This document shows positions 16,590 to 24,625 of a stretch of DNA of 30,714 bases, piece after piece. Position numbers and translations under genes: made by a program. The DNA is from a virus. Lineage: Duplodnaviria; Caudoviricetes. Position 1 is the first letter of the stretch. Each line of letters starts with the position of its first letter. The DNA is taken from positions 1 through 30,714 of IMG/VR virus record IMGVR_UViG_3300005611_000139, one strand, 5' to 3'. The notes below the pieces were generated by a model, which was not told the origin of the DNA, ran no database searches, and saw nothing but the letters and a program-made list of their open reading frames with translations.

Positions 16590-16718
16590 ACAAACATAGG
16601 CCAAATTTACGTTTTGCGCCGTTTGGAATATAGGCCAAGCAGTACTTAGCCTACCCGTTAAAAAATAAAAAAAATTACGTGTCGTACCGAATAAGCTAGC
16701 AATTTTATTTTAAGTAGT

Positions 16719-16749
16719 TATAATTATTGGTAATTACTTAGGAGGTAAA
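16719..16749 (+). promoter_or_regulatory. Putative early -10 and shared RBS leader
   Basis: TATAAT at 16719, then TTACTTAGGAGGTAA (16734-16748) before TTG 16750. Confidence 0.6.
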
Positions 16750-17088
16750 TTGTTAAAATTATATAAACTAAACGACCCTAAAGATACGTTATTAATTAAA
16801 GATAATGTATATAGCGGGGTTTTAAATGATAACGGTAAGGTAACTCTAACCCACGTACTAGCTAGTTTCGGTTTAGTACAACTTTATAACGGGGCGGAAG
16901 TTGATCTAAACCAATTAGAGCTAGTAGATGATAAAACACCTAGCCTTAGTTTTAGAACGCAACCTACTAGCGAGCGAGGATCACGCGCCGCACACGACCC
17001 TTACTTAATTCGTAAAGACGTTTATAACGACGATTGCGTACATTGTAAAAAAATATTTGATTATTGCGGGAGGTTACACGATGTATAA
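16750..17088 (+). CDS. Hypothetical early protein (C-terminal CxxC/C)
   Basis: AGGAGG RBS; CVHC...YC. Confidence 0.75.
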   Translation: MLKLYKLNDPKDTLLIKDNVYSGVLNDNGKVTLTHVLASFGLVQLYNGAEVDLNQLELVDDKTPSLSFRTQPTSERGSRAAHDPYLIRKDVYNDDCVHCKKIFDYCGRLHDV

Positions 17089-17551
17089 AGTTGATTTAGA
17101 GCGTACGCCTACGGTTATTAATAGTTATAGAAAACTAACCGACGCGGGCGTAGTAGCTACGGTAGAAAATTCTATGTATGCTAATCAAATAACTTTAGAT
17201 TATAAAAAAGAGTACGGGGATCTAAAATATACTGATTACTTTATTCATAGGCCTACTAATAACGCTATAGGTGTATTTACTAAAATGTATAACGCTAATT
17301 ATGAGCCTTATTACTTTTTTAGCGGGCTTATTAAGGTAGGTATGCTAGCCGTATACGATATGTATAACTTTAAGTACTTAGGCGAAGTTAAAAGTATAGG
17401 CGATAAAACAGTTACTATTACCGCTTATAAAGGCCACGAATATAACGAAAAAAACCATAGGCTTAACTTTTATACGTTTGCTATGTATAACGGCCAATAT
17501 AACGTTGATAAATGGATAAAAGAAAATAGAGAGGTAAGTTATACAATATGA
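17081..17551 (+). CDS. Hypothetical early protein, Tyr-rich
   Basis: GGGAGG RBS favours ATG 17081 over TTG 17057. Confidence 0.75.
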   Translation: MYKVDLERTPTVINSYRKLTDAGVVATVENSMYANQITLDYKKEYGDLKYTDYFIHRPTNNAIGVFTKMYNANYEPYYFFSGLIKVGMLAVYDMYNFKYLGEVKSIGDKTVTITAYKGHEYNEKNHRLNFYTFAMYNGQYNVDKWIKENREVSYTI

Positions 17552-17709
17552 AAGTAAAAGATTTAAAAAAACTAGTAAAAGCTTTTGATGATGTTAAAAA
17601 TTTTGATCTAGTTAAAAATTGTTGGACTTATAACGAGTATTTATTTTGGGGCGGTACATTAACAGGAATAAATAAATTAAATGAGGTGAAAAATGGATCC
17701 ATTAAGTAG
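17548..17709 (+). CDS. Hypothetical protein (53 aa)
   Basis: GAGG RBS, ATGA overlap; MKVKDLKKLVKAFDDV... Confidence 0.65.
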   Translation: MKVKDLKKLVKAFDDVKNFDLVKNCWTYNEYLFWGGTLTGINKLNEVKNGSIK

Positions 17710-17848
17710 TATGTCTATTTTAGCTAAGTGGGGTTTACTAATGATGTTGGGGGTAACTATAGCTTTAGTCGTTTTTACAGATGACGACGAAGAAGAAATG
17801 GACTTACCTGATTGGGTAAAAGATGAAAGCGACTTATTTAATGATTAA
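17693..17848 (+). CDS. Small membrane protein with acidic tail (51 aa)
   Basis: GAGGTG RBS; WGLLMMLGVTIALVVF then DDDEEEMDLPDW. Confidence 0.6.
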   Translation: MDPLSSMSILAKWGLLMMLGVTIALVVFTDDDEEEMDLPDWVKDESDLFND

Positions 17849-17995
17849 AAAAATAATTTTAGTAAGCGCTTATAATTTTTTATCTTATCTTAAAAGTATA
17901 ATCAACAAACTTATGTATTACTTTTTAGTAAAGCTAAATAGTCATTATAAGAGGGTAGAAGTAAAAAGTATAAAATGGAAAAAAAGGAAGTAAAA

Positions 17996-18439
17996 ATGGA
18001 TAAAAAAGAGTTACTCATTTTAAAGCAAGTTAGCTTAAAGGCAGCAGCCAACTTAGGTGGTACTAAAGAGGAAGTTGTAGTTAATGCTAGCTTTTTTAAT
18101 GATTGGTTATTAGAGGGGGTTGATCTAACCGTAACTAAAGTAGATACTACTAGTAGCAACGGTTTTGAGCCTAAATGCCCGGCTTGTGATAGTTTTGTTT
18201 GGGATAACCGCGAAACCGCAAGCGCTATACAACCTAAATGGCGTTGTAAGAACGAGGATTGTACCGGCGGTAGCTTTAGTAAAAAATATAATAAGCTAAT
18301 GGCGTGGGCTAGTTGGGACGAGGACGAGTTCGCTAATGCAGAATTACAAAGAAACACCAACGGGGTAGATGACGCTAAAGTAGATAGCGTTGATAACGCC
18401 GGCCAAGTTAACGATGACGAGGATATAGCGCCGTTTTAA
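17996..18439 (+). CDS. Zn-ribbon protein with SSB-like acidic C-terminal tail
   Basis: CPAC...WRCKNEDC; ends DDEDIAPF; AAGGAAG RBS before ATG 17996. Confidence 0.6.
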   Translation: MDKKELLILKQVSLKAAANLGGTKEEVVVNASFFNDWLLEGVDLTVTKVDTTSSNGFEPKCPACDSFVWDNRETASAIQPKWRCKNEDCTGGSFSKKYNKLMAWASWDEDEFANAELQRNTNGVDDAKVDSVDNAGQVNDDEDIAPF

Positions 18440-18777
18440 TGAATAAACAGGAATTTTTATCTAACTTAAAGTGGGCTAGCATACGTTGGAGTAATGTAAG
18501 CTTAGATAAAGATACCGTAAGTAGTTTATACGACGACTATAAGGGCTTTAGTTATAACTCTTTAGCTAAAGCCCTACGGCTTTTATATGAAAACGGATCT
18601 ACTTATTTAGAATTACCTAAACTTTATAAGATAACAAAAGATTTACATAACGACGAATTAATTACCCGGCCGCAATTAGATCAACCTAAAAATATAAACG
18701 GGTTAAAAGAGTATTTAAAAGAAAATAATTTTACTAGTATCAAAGACGCTATAAAACACAACAGGAGTAAAAAATGA
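18439..18777 (+). CDS. Hypothetical replication-module protein (possibly helicase-loader/inhibitor-like)
   Basis: Coupled to the initiator gene; helical 112 aa. Function is positional inference only. Confidence 0.5.
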   Translation: MNKQEFLSNLKWASIRWSNVSLDKDTVSSLYDDYKGFSYNSLAKALRLLYENGSTYLELPKLYKITKDLHNDELITRPQLDQPKNINGLKEYLKENNFTSIKDAIKHNRSKK

Positions 18778-19523
18778 CCGATAATGTAGAAATAAAATAT
18801 GATATACCGCCCTTTACCATAGTACCGCATTGGGTAGCAGAATTACTTAAACCTACCGAGTTAGCTACGTACGTAGTTTTAGGTAAATACGCAGATAATA
18901 AGACTAAAGAGTGTTGGCCTAGCTTAAATACTATAGCTAGAGATTTAGACAGATCTAAAACTGCTACTATAACCGCTATTAAGGGTTTAGAGGAAAAAGG
19001 CGTATTAAAAATAGAAAAACGTAAAAACGATAAAGGCGATTGGGATAGAAACCATTATACGCTTATAGTTAACGGGGGTAGTAAAGAAAACTTAACCACC
19101 CCTAGTAAAGAAAATAATACTACCCCTAGTAAAGAAAACTTAACTACGGGTAGTAAAGAAAACTTAACTCTAACTATACCCAATATAACTATACCCAATG
19201 AACTATATTTTGATACCTACGATAAAGCTAAACAAGATACTTATGTAGAAACTTTAAAAGCGTGTTTTAGTAAAGATAGACCTACTCGTACGGAATACGG
19301 CGCAATGGTTAATACGGCTAAAGAGTTATTTACGGCCGGTATAAAACACGATGAAATACCTACGTTAGTTAAAAATATGGTTATTACTTACGGCGAAAAA
19401 TATACGACGGTAAGTAGTATAAAAAAACATACCGAATTATTAAACGGCGCTAAAACTAAAAATAATAAAGATGTTAAAAAACTAGTAGATCAAAACCAAT
19501 TAGAAAGGTGGGCTAATGAATAG
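18774..19523 (+). CDS. Phage replication initiator (N-terminal HTH, lambda O-like organisation)
   Basis: FTIVPHW...YVVL..YADNKTKECWPSLNTIARDL.RS..T...AIK.LEEKG; internal iteron array. Confidence 0.85.
   Translation: MTDNVEIKYDIPPFTIVPHWVAELLKPTELATYVVLGKYADNKTKECWPSLNTIARDLDRSKTATITAIKGLEEKGVLKIEKRKNDKGDWDRNHYTLIVNGGSKENLTTPSKENNTTPSKENLTTGSKENLTLTIPNITIPNELYFDTYDKAKQDTYVETLKACFSKDRPTRTEYGAMVNTAKELFTAGIKHDEIPTLVKNMVITYGEKYTTVSSIKKHTELLNGAKTKNNKDVKKLVDQNQLERWANE
19079..19207. repeat. Iteron array/replication origin inside initiator gene
   Basis: TAGTAAAGAAAA starts at 19079, 19103, 19127 and 19151 (24-bp period), then TAACTATACCCAAT at 19171 and 19186. Confidence 0.85.
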
Positions 19524-19815
19524 CGAAATAAATAAAGGGGCTATAGGGGTAACGGAGTTATTAGATAATGTACCCGGTATAGATAAACTAATTACCGAAA
19601 AAAAGACTATCCCGGAAAGTAAAGAGGGTTGGGGCGGTTTAGAGTTTAAGCTTAAAAGTAAAGGTACTATTTTTAAGCATAGTATATTTTTAAATTTTAA
19701 TGATTTATACGATGTTACCGCTAACGGTAAAACTATTAAAAATATGTTTGTAGGCGAAGTACACCAATTATTAACTTGGGTAGTAGCTTTTGAAGATTAT
19801 AAGGAGGAAGAATAA
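19516..19815 (+). CDS. Hypothetical protein
   Basis: AAGGTG RBS; overlapping operon gene. Confidence 0.7.
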   Translation: MNSEINKGAIGVTELLDNVPGIDKLITEKKTIPESKEGWGGLEFKLKSKGTIFKHSIFLNFNDLYDVTANGKTIKNMFVGEVHQLLTWVVAFEDYKEEE

Positions 19816-19955
19816 TGAAAGACTATTTTTTTGAAGTAGCGGTATATAAAAGAGTAAAAGCTAAAGATTTAGATAGCGCTAAAAATATTATAGAAAATAA
19901 AACTAAACATTTTAACGAATGTTGTAAATTTACATTAATAAGCGTAGATAAATGA
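19815..19955 (+). CDS. Hypothetical protein (46 aa)
   Basis: AGGAGG RBS; TAATG and ATGA coupling; MKDYFFEVAVYKRVKAKDLDSAK... Confidence 0.65.
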   Translation: MKDYFFEVAVYKRVKAKDLDSAKNIIENKTKHFNECCKFTLISVDK

Positions 19956-20230
19956 GCGAAATTAAAGACGCTAAAAAAAGTACGTATTTAACCGAACTTA
20001 ATAAGCGTAAAAAAGATTATAAAGACCCGGAGTATAAAAAAGTAGTAGTTGCCGCCGAAGTAGTTATGTGGCTTGAAAGCAAAAAAGTAAATAAAGATTA
20101 CGCTAAAGAGTGTGCGGAGTTTTTAATTGACGCGGGTAAAGTAAGGCGCGTAGATTTTACGCAAAGGGACGGGCGCGAAGTTTTAGATCACATTAAATAC
20201 GGCGAAGTAAAAACTTATAAATATGATTAA
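19952..20230 (+). CDS. Hypothetical protein
   Basis: ATGA overlap; 92 aa. Confidence 0.7.
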   Translation: MSEIKDAKKSTYLTELNKRKKDYKDPEYKKVVVAAEVVMWLESKKVNKDYAKECAEFLIDAGKVRRVDFTQRDGREVLDHIKYGEVKTYKYD

Positions 20231-20711
20231 AGCCTGCGTTTTACTATACGCTTTAATAATTAATAATTTTAGCGTAGGTATACCACCAACTATAGAACAA
20301 CTAGATGATTTAAAAAAATGTTATGAAGATTTATCGGGTAATTGCTTAACCTATAGCCCGTTATTAGTAGAACATTTTTACGAGGATAATTTAGAAACCG
20401 CTTTTAAAATAATGTGGTGCGAAAGTAGGGGTTTACCTAACGCTTATAGGTGGCAAGACCAAGATAGCGGGCTTTATCAATTTATACCGCGTACTTACGG
20501 GTGGGTAGTAAAAAATAGTGATTTACCATATTGGGATTATCCTATTTACGATACGTACGCACAATTTATACCCGAAGTAAACATAAAAGCAGCAGCAATT
20601 TTGGTACAAGATTTACATAGTTATCAACCCTATTGGAAACCGTTTAGTAGTTCGGAAAATTGTTGGAAAGATACTAAAATTTTTTTAAATTTAGTAAAAT
20701 TAGAAAAATGA
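20223..20711 (+). CDS. Lytic transglycosylase (SLT/Rpf-like) with N-terminal hydrophobic signal
   Basis: IMWCESRG..N...DSGLYQF...P..NI.AA...W..F lysozyme-like motifs; MIKACVLLYALII N-terminus. Confidence 0.8.
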   Translation: MIKACVLLYALIINNFSVGIPPTIEQLDDLKKCYEDLSGNCLTYSPLLVEHFYEDNLETAFKIMWCESRGLPNAYRWQDQDSGLYQFIPRTYGWVVKNSDLPYWDYPIYDTYAQFIPEVNIKAAAILVQDLHSYQPYWKPFSSSENCWKDTKIFLNLVKLEK

Positions 20712-21136
20712 TAGATTTAAACGAGCCCCACGTTATAGATATACTAAATAAAATTAATTTTAGGGGCGGTAACTTTATAAAAAGTGTAGATCCCTACGAA
20801 CATTACGACGCGGAAAACTTTAGTAACATTTTAGAGATTAAAGTACGTACGCAAGATTATGATAAGCATATTATAGAACGCTTTAAGTACGAGCGTAATA
20901 TTGAACATAGTTTAACTAGTAAAAGAAACTTTTTTTACGTAGCGGTAGCTTACCCTTATTTATACGCGTGGGATATAAATTACTTAGATAGCATAGGCTA
21001 CAACTATTTATGGAAAACTAAAAACTTACGTAAAACTACGCATTATGAAAATAATAATGAAATACCTAAAGTAGTAGGTTATTTAGAAAAGCCGTTTAGC
21101 CTATGTATAAATTTAGTAAATAGTAAGTTGATCTAA
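20708..21136 (+). CDS. PD-(D/E)xK nuclease-like protein
   Basis: EHYDA...LEIKVR...IIE..K pattern. Confidence 0.6.
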   Translation: MIDLNEPHVIDILNKINFRGGNFIKSVDPYEHYDAENFSNILEIKVRTQDYDKHIIERFKYERNIEHSLTSKRNFFYVAVAYPYLYAWDINYLDSIGYNYLWKTKNLRKTTHYENNNEIPKVVGYLEKPFSLCINLVNSKLI

Positions 21137-21150
21137 AAATAAATTTTTTT

Positions 21151-21213
21151 AAAAATACCCGACATTATTTTAAAAAGTATGCAATACTTGAGTATTACTT
21201 AGGGAGGTAATAA
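21151..21213 (+). promoter_or_regulatory. Putative early promoter and shared leader
   Basis: ACCCGACATTATTT (21157-21170) and TTACTTAGGGAGGTAATAA (21195-21213) are both identical to the 3077/3120 copies. Confidence 0.65.
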
Positions 21214-21552
21214 ATGGAAATAAAAGAAAAATTACAAAACGACTTAAACGACGCTAAAAAAGAATTAGCTAGTTTCAAAGAAAATAAAACTTGTTCTTAC
21301 GAGTTAGTAGAAAGCGAATACGATTATATCTGTACCGTATGCGACGAAACTATAAATGCAGGCGATAACGCTTACTGTATTGAATATATAGACGAAGTTT
21401 ACGTATGCGAAAATAATATGGAATATTACTTAATTCAAAAAGTAGGAAATATCGCTTTACGTTTAGAAATGTTAAAAGATATTAATACCGAAGTATCAGA
21501 TGAAACAAATAAAGAAGTAGAGGAATATTTTAAAAAATACGGTGGTAATTAA
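21214..21552 (+). CDS. Hypothetical acidic Cys-containing protein (stand-alone accessory gene)
   Basis: CTVC...YC...VC; has its own promoter and terminator. Confidence 0.8.
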   Translation: MEIKEKLQNDLNDAKKELASFKENKTCSYELVESEYDYICTVCDETINAGDNAYCIEYIDEVYVCENNMEYYLIQKVGNIALRLEMLKDINTEVSDETNKEVEEYFKKYGGN

Positions 21553-21591
21553 TCTAAGTTGCGCATAATAGCCTTTTATTAATTCTAAATT

Positions 21592-21617
21592 ACCCGGTAC
21601 AAGCTACCGGGTTTTTT
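21592..21617 (+). terminator. Rho-independent terminator
   Basis: ACCCGGTA-CAAGC-TACCGGGT-TTTTT. Confidence 0.85.
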
Positions 21618-21633
21618 AGTGTATAATCTAAAT

Positions 21634-22038
21634 ATGAACGGTATAGGTTTTAATAAAATAAATAAACTAATAAAAGATATAGGCGGGCTAGACGCTTATA
21701 TACAAGAACTTACGCCGGTAGAGAGCCTAAATACCCCTTACGGACATAAAGGCGGGGTAAACTTTAGCGTATTATTACCTAATGACGCTTTTACTAAGTT
21801 TGTAATAAGATATTTTAGCGATGACCAATATAGCGTAGAGGTAAGTAAGTTTAATAAATTTAACCTTAACTATGAAAGCGCTATAGTAGATAGCCAAAGT
21901 TTAATTATATTATTTAAAGCCGTTTACGAAGAAATAAGTTTATTAAATAACATACTATTAGACGATTTAGACTTTACATTAAGTAAAACCGGTAAAAAAG
22001 ATTTAAACGCTTTAAAAGATTTAGATAATAACTTCTAA
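21634..22038 (+). CDS. Hypothetical protein (probably leaderless, start ATG 21634)
   Basis: TATAAT at 21622-21627 lies 6 nt before the ATG; the GTG 21619 start would overlap the promoter. Confidence 0.7.
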   Translation: MNGIGFNKINKLIKDIGGLDAYIQELTPVESLNTPYGHKGGVNFSVLLPNDAFTKFVIRYFSDDQYSVEVSKFNKFNLNYESAIVDSQSLIILFKAVYEEISLLNNILLDDLDFTLSKTGKKDLNALKDLDNNF

Positions 22039-22066
22039 TTACATAAATAACGACTAACCTTAGCTT

Positions 22067-22714
22067 ATGGTATGGCTTAACAGGGCTAGTTGTAATAATG
22101 TAGATACTAATTTATTTATTAACCCTAGTAGGCGTAAATATAGTGATCTAAATATTTGGAACGCTAATAAGATGTGCCGGGAGTGTCCGGTTAATATAGA
22201 TTGCCTTACCTATGCTTTAGATAACGACCTAGAATACGGCTTATTTAGTTTACCCGAACGGGTACGCCGCAGAATACGTAAAAAAGTTGATCTAAATAAA
22301 TATATGGTAGATACGTTTAAAACTATGGACGTAATAGACCCTACCTTTAATAAAGACGGTAAGTTAGTTAAGAAACGTTGCTTACGGTGTAATAGATACG
22401 TTAAGGGCTATAGCAAAGATAATAGTAATTGGGGTGGTTATAACCATATTTGTATTAGTTGCTATATATCCATTAAAGATAAAAAGCGCGTAGATAAACT
22501 ATTAGATAGAGATAAGGCAAGCCAATCTATGCCGATCTTTGATAGTTACGGTAGCTTAGAGAGTAAAAGATGTACTAAATGTTGGGTAAGGCAAGACGCT
22601 AATAGCTTTAGTAATAGGCCGGCGGGTATAGGCGGTAAAACTTCGTGGTGTAAAGGGTGTACTAGAGATAACTTAAAGAAGTGGCTAGATAAAAAGAAAA
22701 TAGATAATGAATAA
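22067..22714 (+). CDS. whiB: WhiB-family transcription regulator fused to two CxxC..CxxC zinc-finger-like domains
   Basis: W..RASC...D..LF...A.KMCRECPV..DCL.YAL...G..; then CLRC/CISC and CTKC/CKGC. Confidence 0.8.
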   Translation: MVWLNRASCNNVDTNLFINPSRRKYSDLNIWNANKMCRECPVNIDCLTYALDNDLEYGLFSLPERVRRRIRKKVDLNKYMVDTFKTMDVIDPTFNKDGKLVKKRCLRCNRYVKGYSKDNSNWGGYNHICISCYISIKDKKRVDKLLDRDKASQSMPIFDSYGSLESKRCTKCWVRQDANSFSNRPAGIGGKTSWCKGCTRDNLKKWLDKKKIDNE

Positions 22715-23045
22715 GCCTAGTAGGCCTTGCTTAAAATGTAGAGCTTTATTTATACCTAGTAAAGATAGCCCTAGTTATTGTACGTTACATAAACCTATTA
22801 AACGGCAGAATAGTAAACGTAAACCGCATTATAACGACCCGGAATATAGACGTAACCGTAAGTACTTAATAAAAGAATACGGGCGTTGCTTTAGATGTAA
22901 TACGGGGGGTACCCCTAACAATAAATTAGAGATAGACCATATAGTACCGGTAAGCGAGGGCGGAAGTAATAGATTGTCAAACTTACGTATATTGTGCCAA
23001 AACTGTCATCGGTTAAGACATATAGTAGAAAAGTACCGTAAATAG
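22707..23045 (+). CDS. Packaging-associated HNH endonuclease (HK97 gp74-like)
   Basis: CFRC...LEIDHIVPVSEGGSN..SNLRILCQNCH; upstream of the terminase module. Confidence 0.88.
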   Translation: MNKPSRPCLKCRALFIPSKDSPSYCTLHKPIKRQNSKRKPHYNDPEYRRNRKYLIKEYGRCFRCNTGGTPNNKLEIDHIVPVSEGGSNRLSNLRILCQNCHRLRHIVEKYRK

Positions 23046-23291
23046 CTATATCTAAATAAGCCTACAAATAGGGCGTTTTAAGGGGGACAGGGGGCGTTTT
23101 TTTCTATACGCCACAGGGCGAACACCCCCCCCATTACCTTACTTTTTTTTTACCCAAATTTTAGGCGTTTTTTACTCTATAACTTTTTAAACGTTGTTAT
23201 ACGAGGGGTACTATATGTAGTGGTATGTTAAATTAGAGCGGTTTTACGTAAAGGAGTACCCCTAGCGTAAAATACGACTATAATATTTTTT
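23046..23291. other. Candidate cos/packaging region
   Basis: Long gap after HNH with G-runs and C-runs, GGCGTTTT three times (23072, 23093, 23164) and a 9-bp inverted repeat (23204/23255). Position inferred from HK97-like phages. Confidence 0.45.
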
Positions 23292-24608
23292 ATGAAACAT
23301 AAAATACACCCCGACTTAGATAAATTAAAAACGCCGTTAGATCAACTTAAACATTTAGAGGGTAACCCTCGTAAAGGTGACGTAGACGCGGTAGCCCGTA
23401 GTTACGATGAGTTCGGACAACGTAAACCTATAGTAGCTACAAGCGACGGTACGGTAATAGGAGGTAACCACCAATTAGCAGCAGCTAAAAAATTAGGTTG
23501 GACGCATATAGCGGTGGTAGTAACTAACGATGACGAATTAAAAGCTAAAGCGTTCGCCCTAGCAGATAACCGTACGGCAGATTTAGGTACTTACGATAAT
23601 GATTTACTAAGCGAAATGTTATCTAGTGTTTCTAGCGATCCAAAGCTTTTAGCGGCAACTAGTTTTAAAGAAGAAGATTTATTAAATTTAAGTTATGTAC
23701 CCGATGACGACGAGCATAGAGATTTTATTACAGAATTTGGGGCGCCACCATTTACTACGTTAGATACCCGGCAGGGCTATTGGCAAGATAGAAAAAGAGA
23801 GTGGCTAGAGTTTGGAATTAAAAGCGAGTTAGGTAGAGAAGAAGATTTACTATTCGCTATTAAGCCCGGCGAATATCAAAAAACTAAAAGTAATGTTTCT
23901 AATACAAGCGTTTTCGACCCCGTACTAACAGAATTAATATATAAATGGTTTACCGCACCCGGTAGTAAAATATTAGATCCGTTCGCAGGTGGTAGCGTAC
24001 GCGGTATAGTAGCTAGCGTATTAGGTAGAACTTATACCGGTATAGATTTAGCTAAAGACCAAATTAAAGAAAATAATAAGCAAGCTAAAGAATTAACGCC
24101 CGATAATTTACCTAAATGGATAGTTGGCGATAGTAAAAACGTAGTTGATCTAGCTAAAGATAGTTATGACTTTATTTTTACCTGCCCTCCGTACGGATTT
24201 TTAGAAGTTTATAGCGATGACCCTAATGATTTAAGTACTATGAGTACCGAAAACTTTAATAAAATATATAGCGAAATTATAAAAGATAGTTGTACTTTAC
24301 TTAAAAACGACCGTTTCGCCGGTATAGTTATAGGCGAATACCGGGAAAAAAAGACACACGGCTACGTAGATTTCGTAGGTACTACCGTACAAGCCTTTAG
24401 GGACGCCGGTTTAGAGTATTACAACGAGTTCGTTTTAATAAATGTACCGGGTAGTGCGCCATTAAGAGCCGGCGCTTACTTTGATAAAGGCCGTAAGGTA
24501 GCTAAAACCCACCAAAACGTTTTAATATTTGTTAAAGGCGACTATAAAAAAGCTACCGAGTACTGTGGTAAAGTAGTAGGGGTAGACCTACAAAATGAAA
24601 CCGAGTAA
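23292..24608 (+). CDS. ParB/Srx-like N-terminal domain fused to amino-DNA (N4-C/N6-A) methyltransferase
   Basis: NPRKGD..FGQRKPIV..VIGGNH..AAAKKLG..ADNR; ILDPFAGGS (SAM motif I) and TCPPY (catalytic motif IV). Confidence 0.85.
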   Translation: MKHKIHPDLDKLKTPLDQLKHLEGNPRKGDVDAVARSYDEFGQRKPIVATSDGTVIGGNHQLAAAKKLGWTHIAVVVTNDDELKAKAFALADNRTADLGTYDNDLLSEMLSSVSSDPKLLAATSFKEEDLLNLSYVPDDDEHRDFITEFGAPPFTTLDTRQGYWQDRKREWLEFGIKSELGREEDLLFAIKPGEYQKTKSNVSNTSVFDPVLTELIYKWFTAPGSKILDPFAGGSVRGIVASVLGRTYTGIDLAKDQIKENNKQAKELTPDNLPKWIVGDSKNVVDLAKDSYDFIFTCPPYGFLEVYSDDPNDLSTMSTENFNKIYSEIIKDSCTLLKNDRFAGIVIGEYREKKTHGYVDFVGTTVQAFRDAGLEYYNEFVLINVPGSAPLRAGAYFDKGRKVAKTHQNVLIFVKGDYKKATEYCGKVVGVDLQNETE

Positions 24609-24625
24609 TGAAATAAAAATAAGAA

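Noticed and set aside
19079-19207. CRISPR-like array
   Set aside because: The repeats are abutting 24-bp units inside a coding frame with no unique spacers, which fits iterons.
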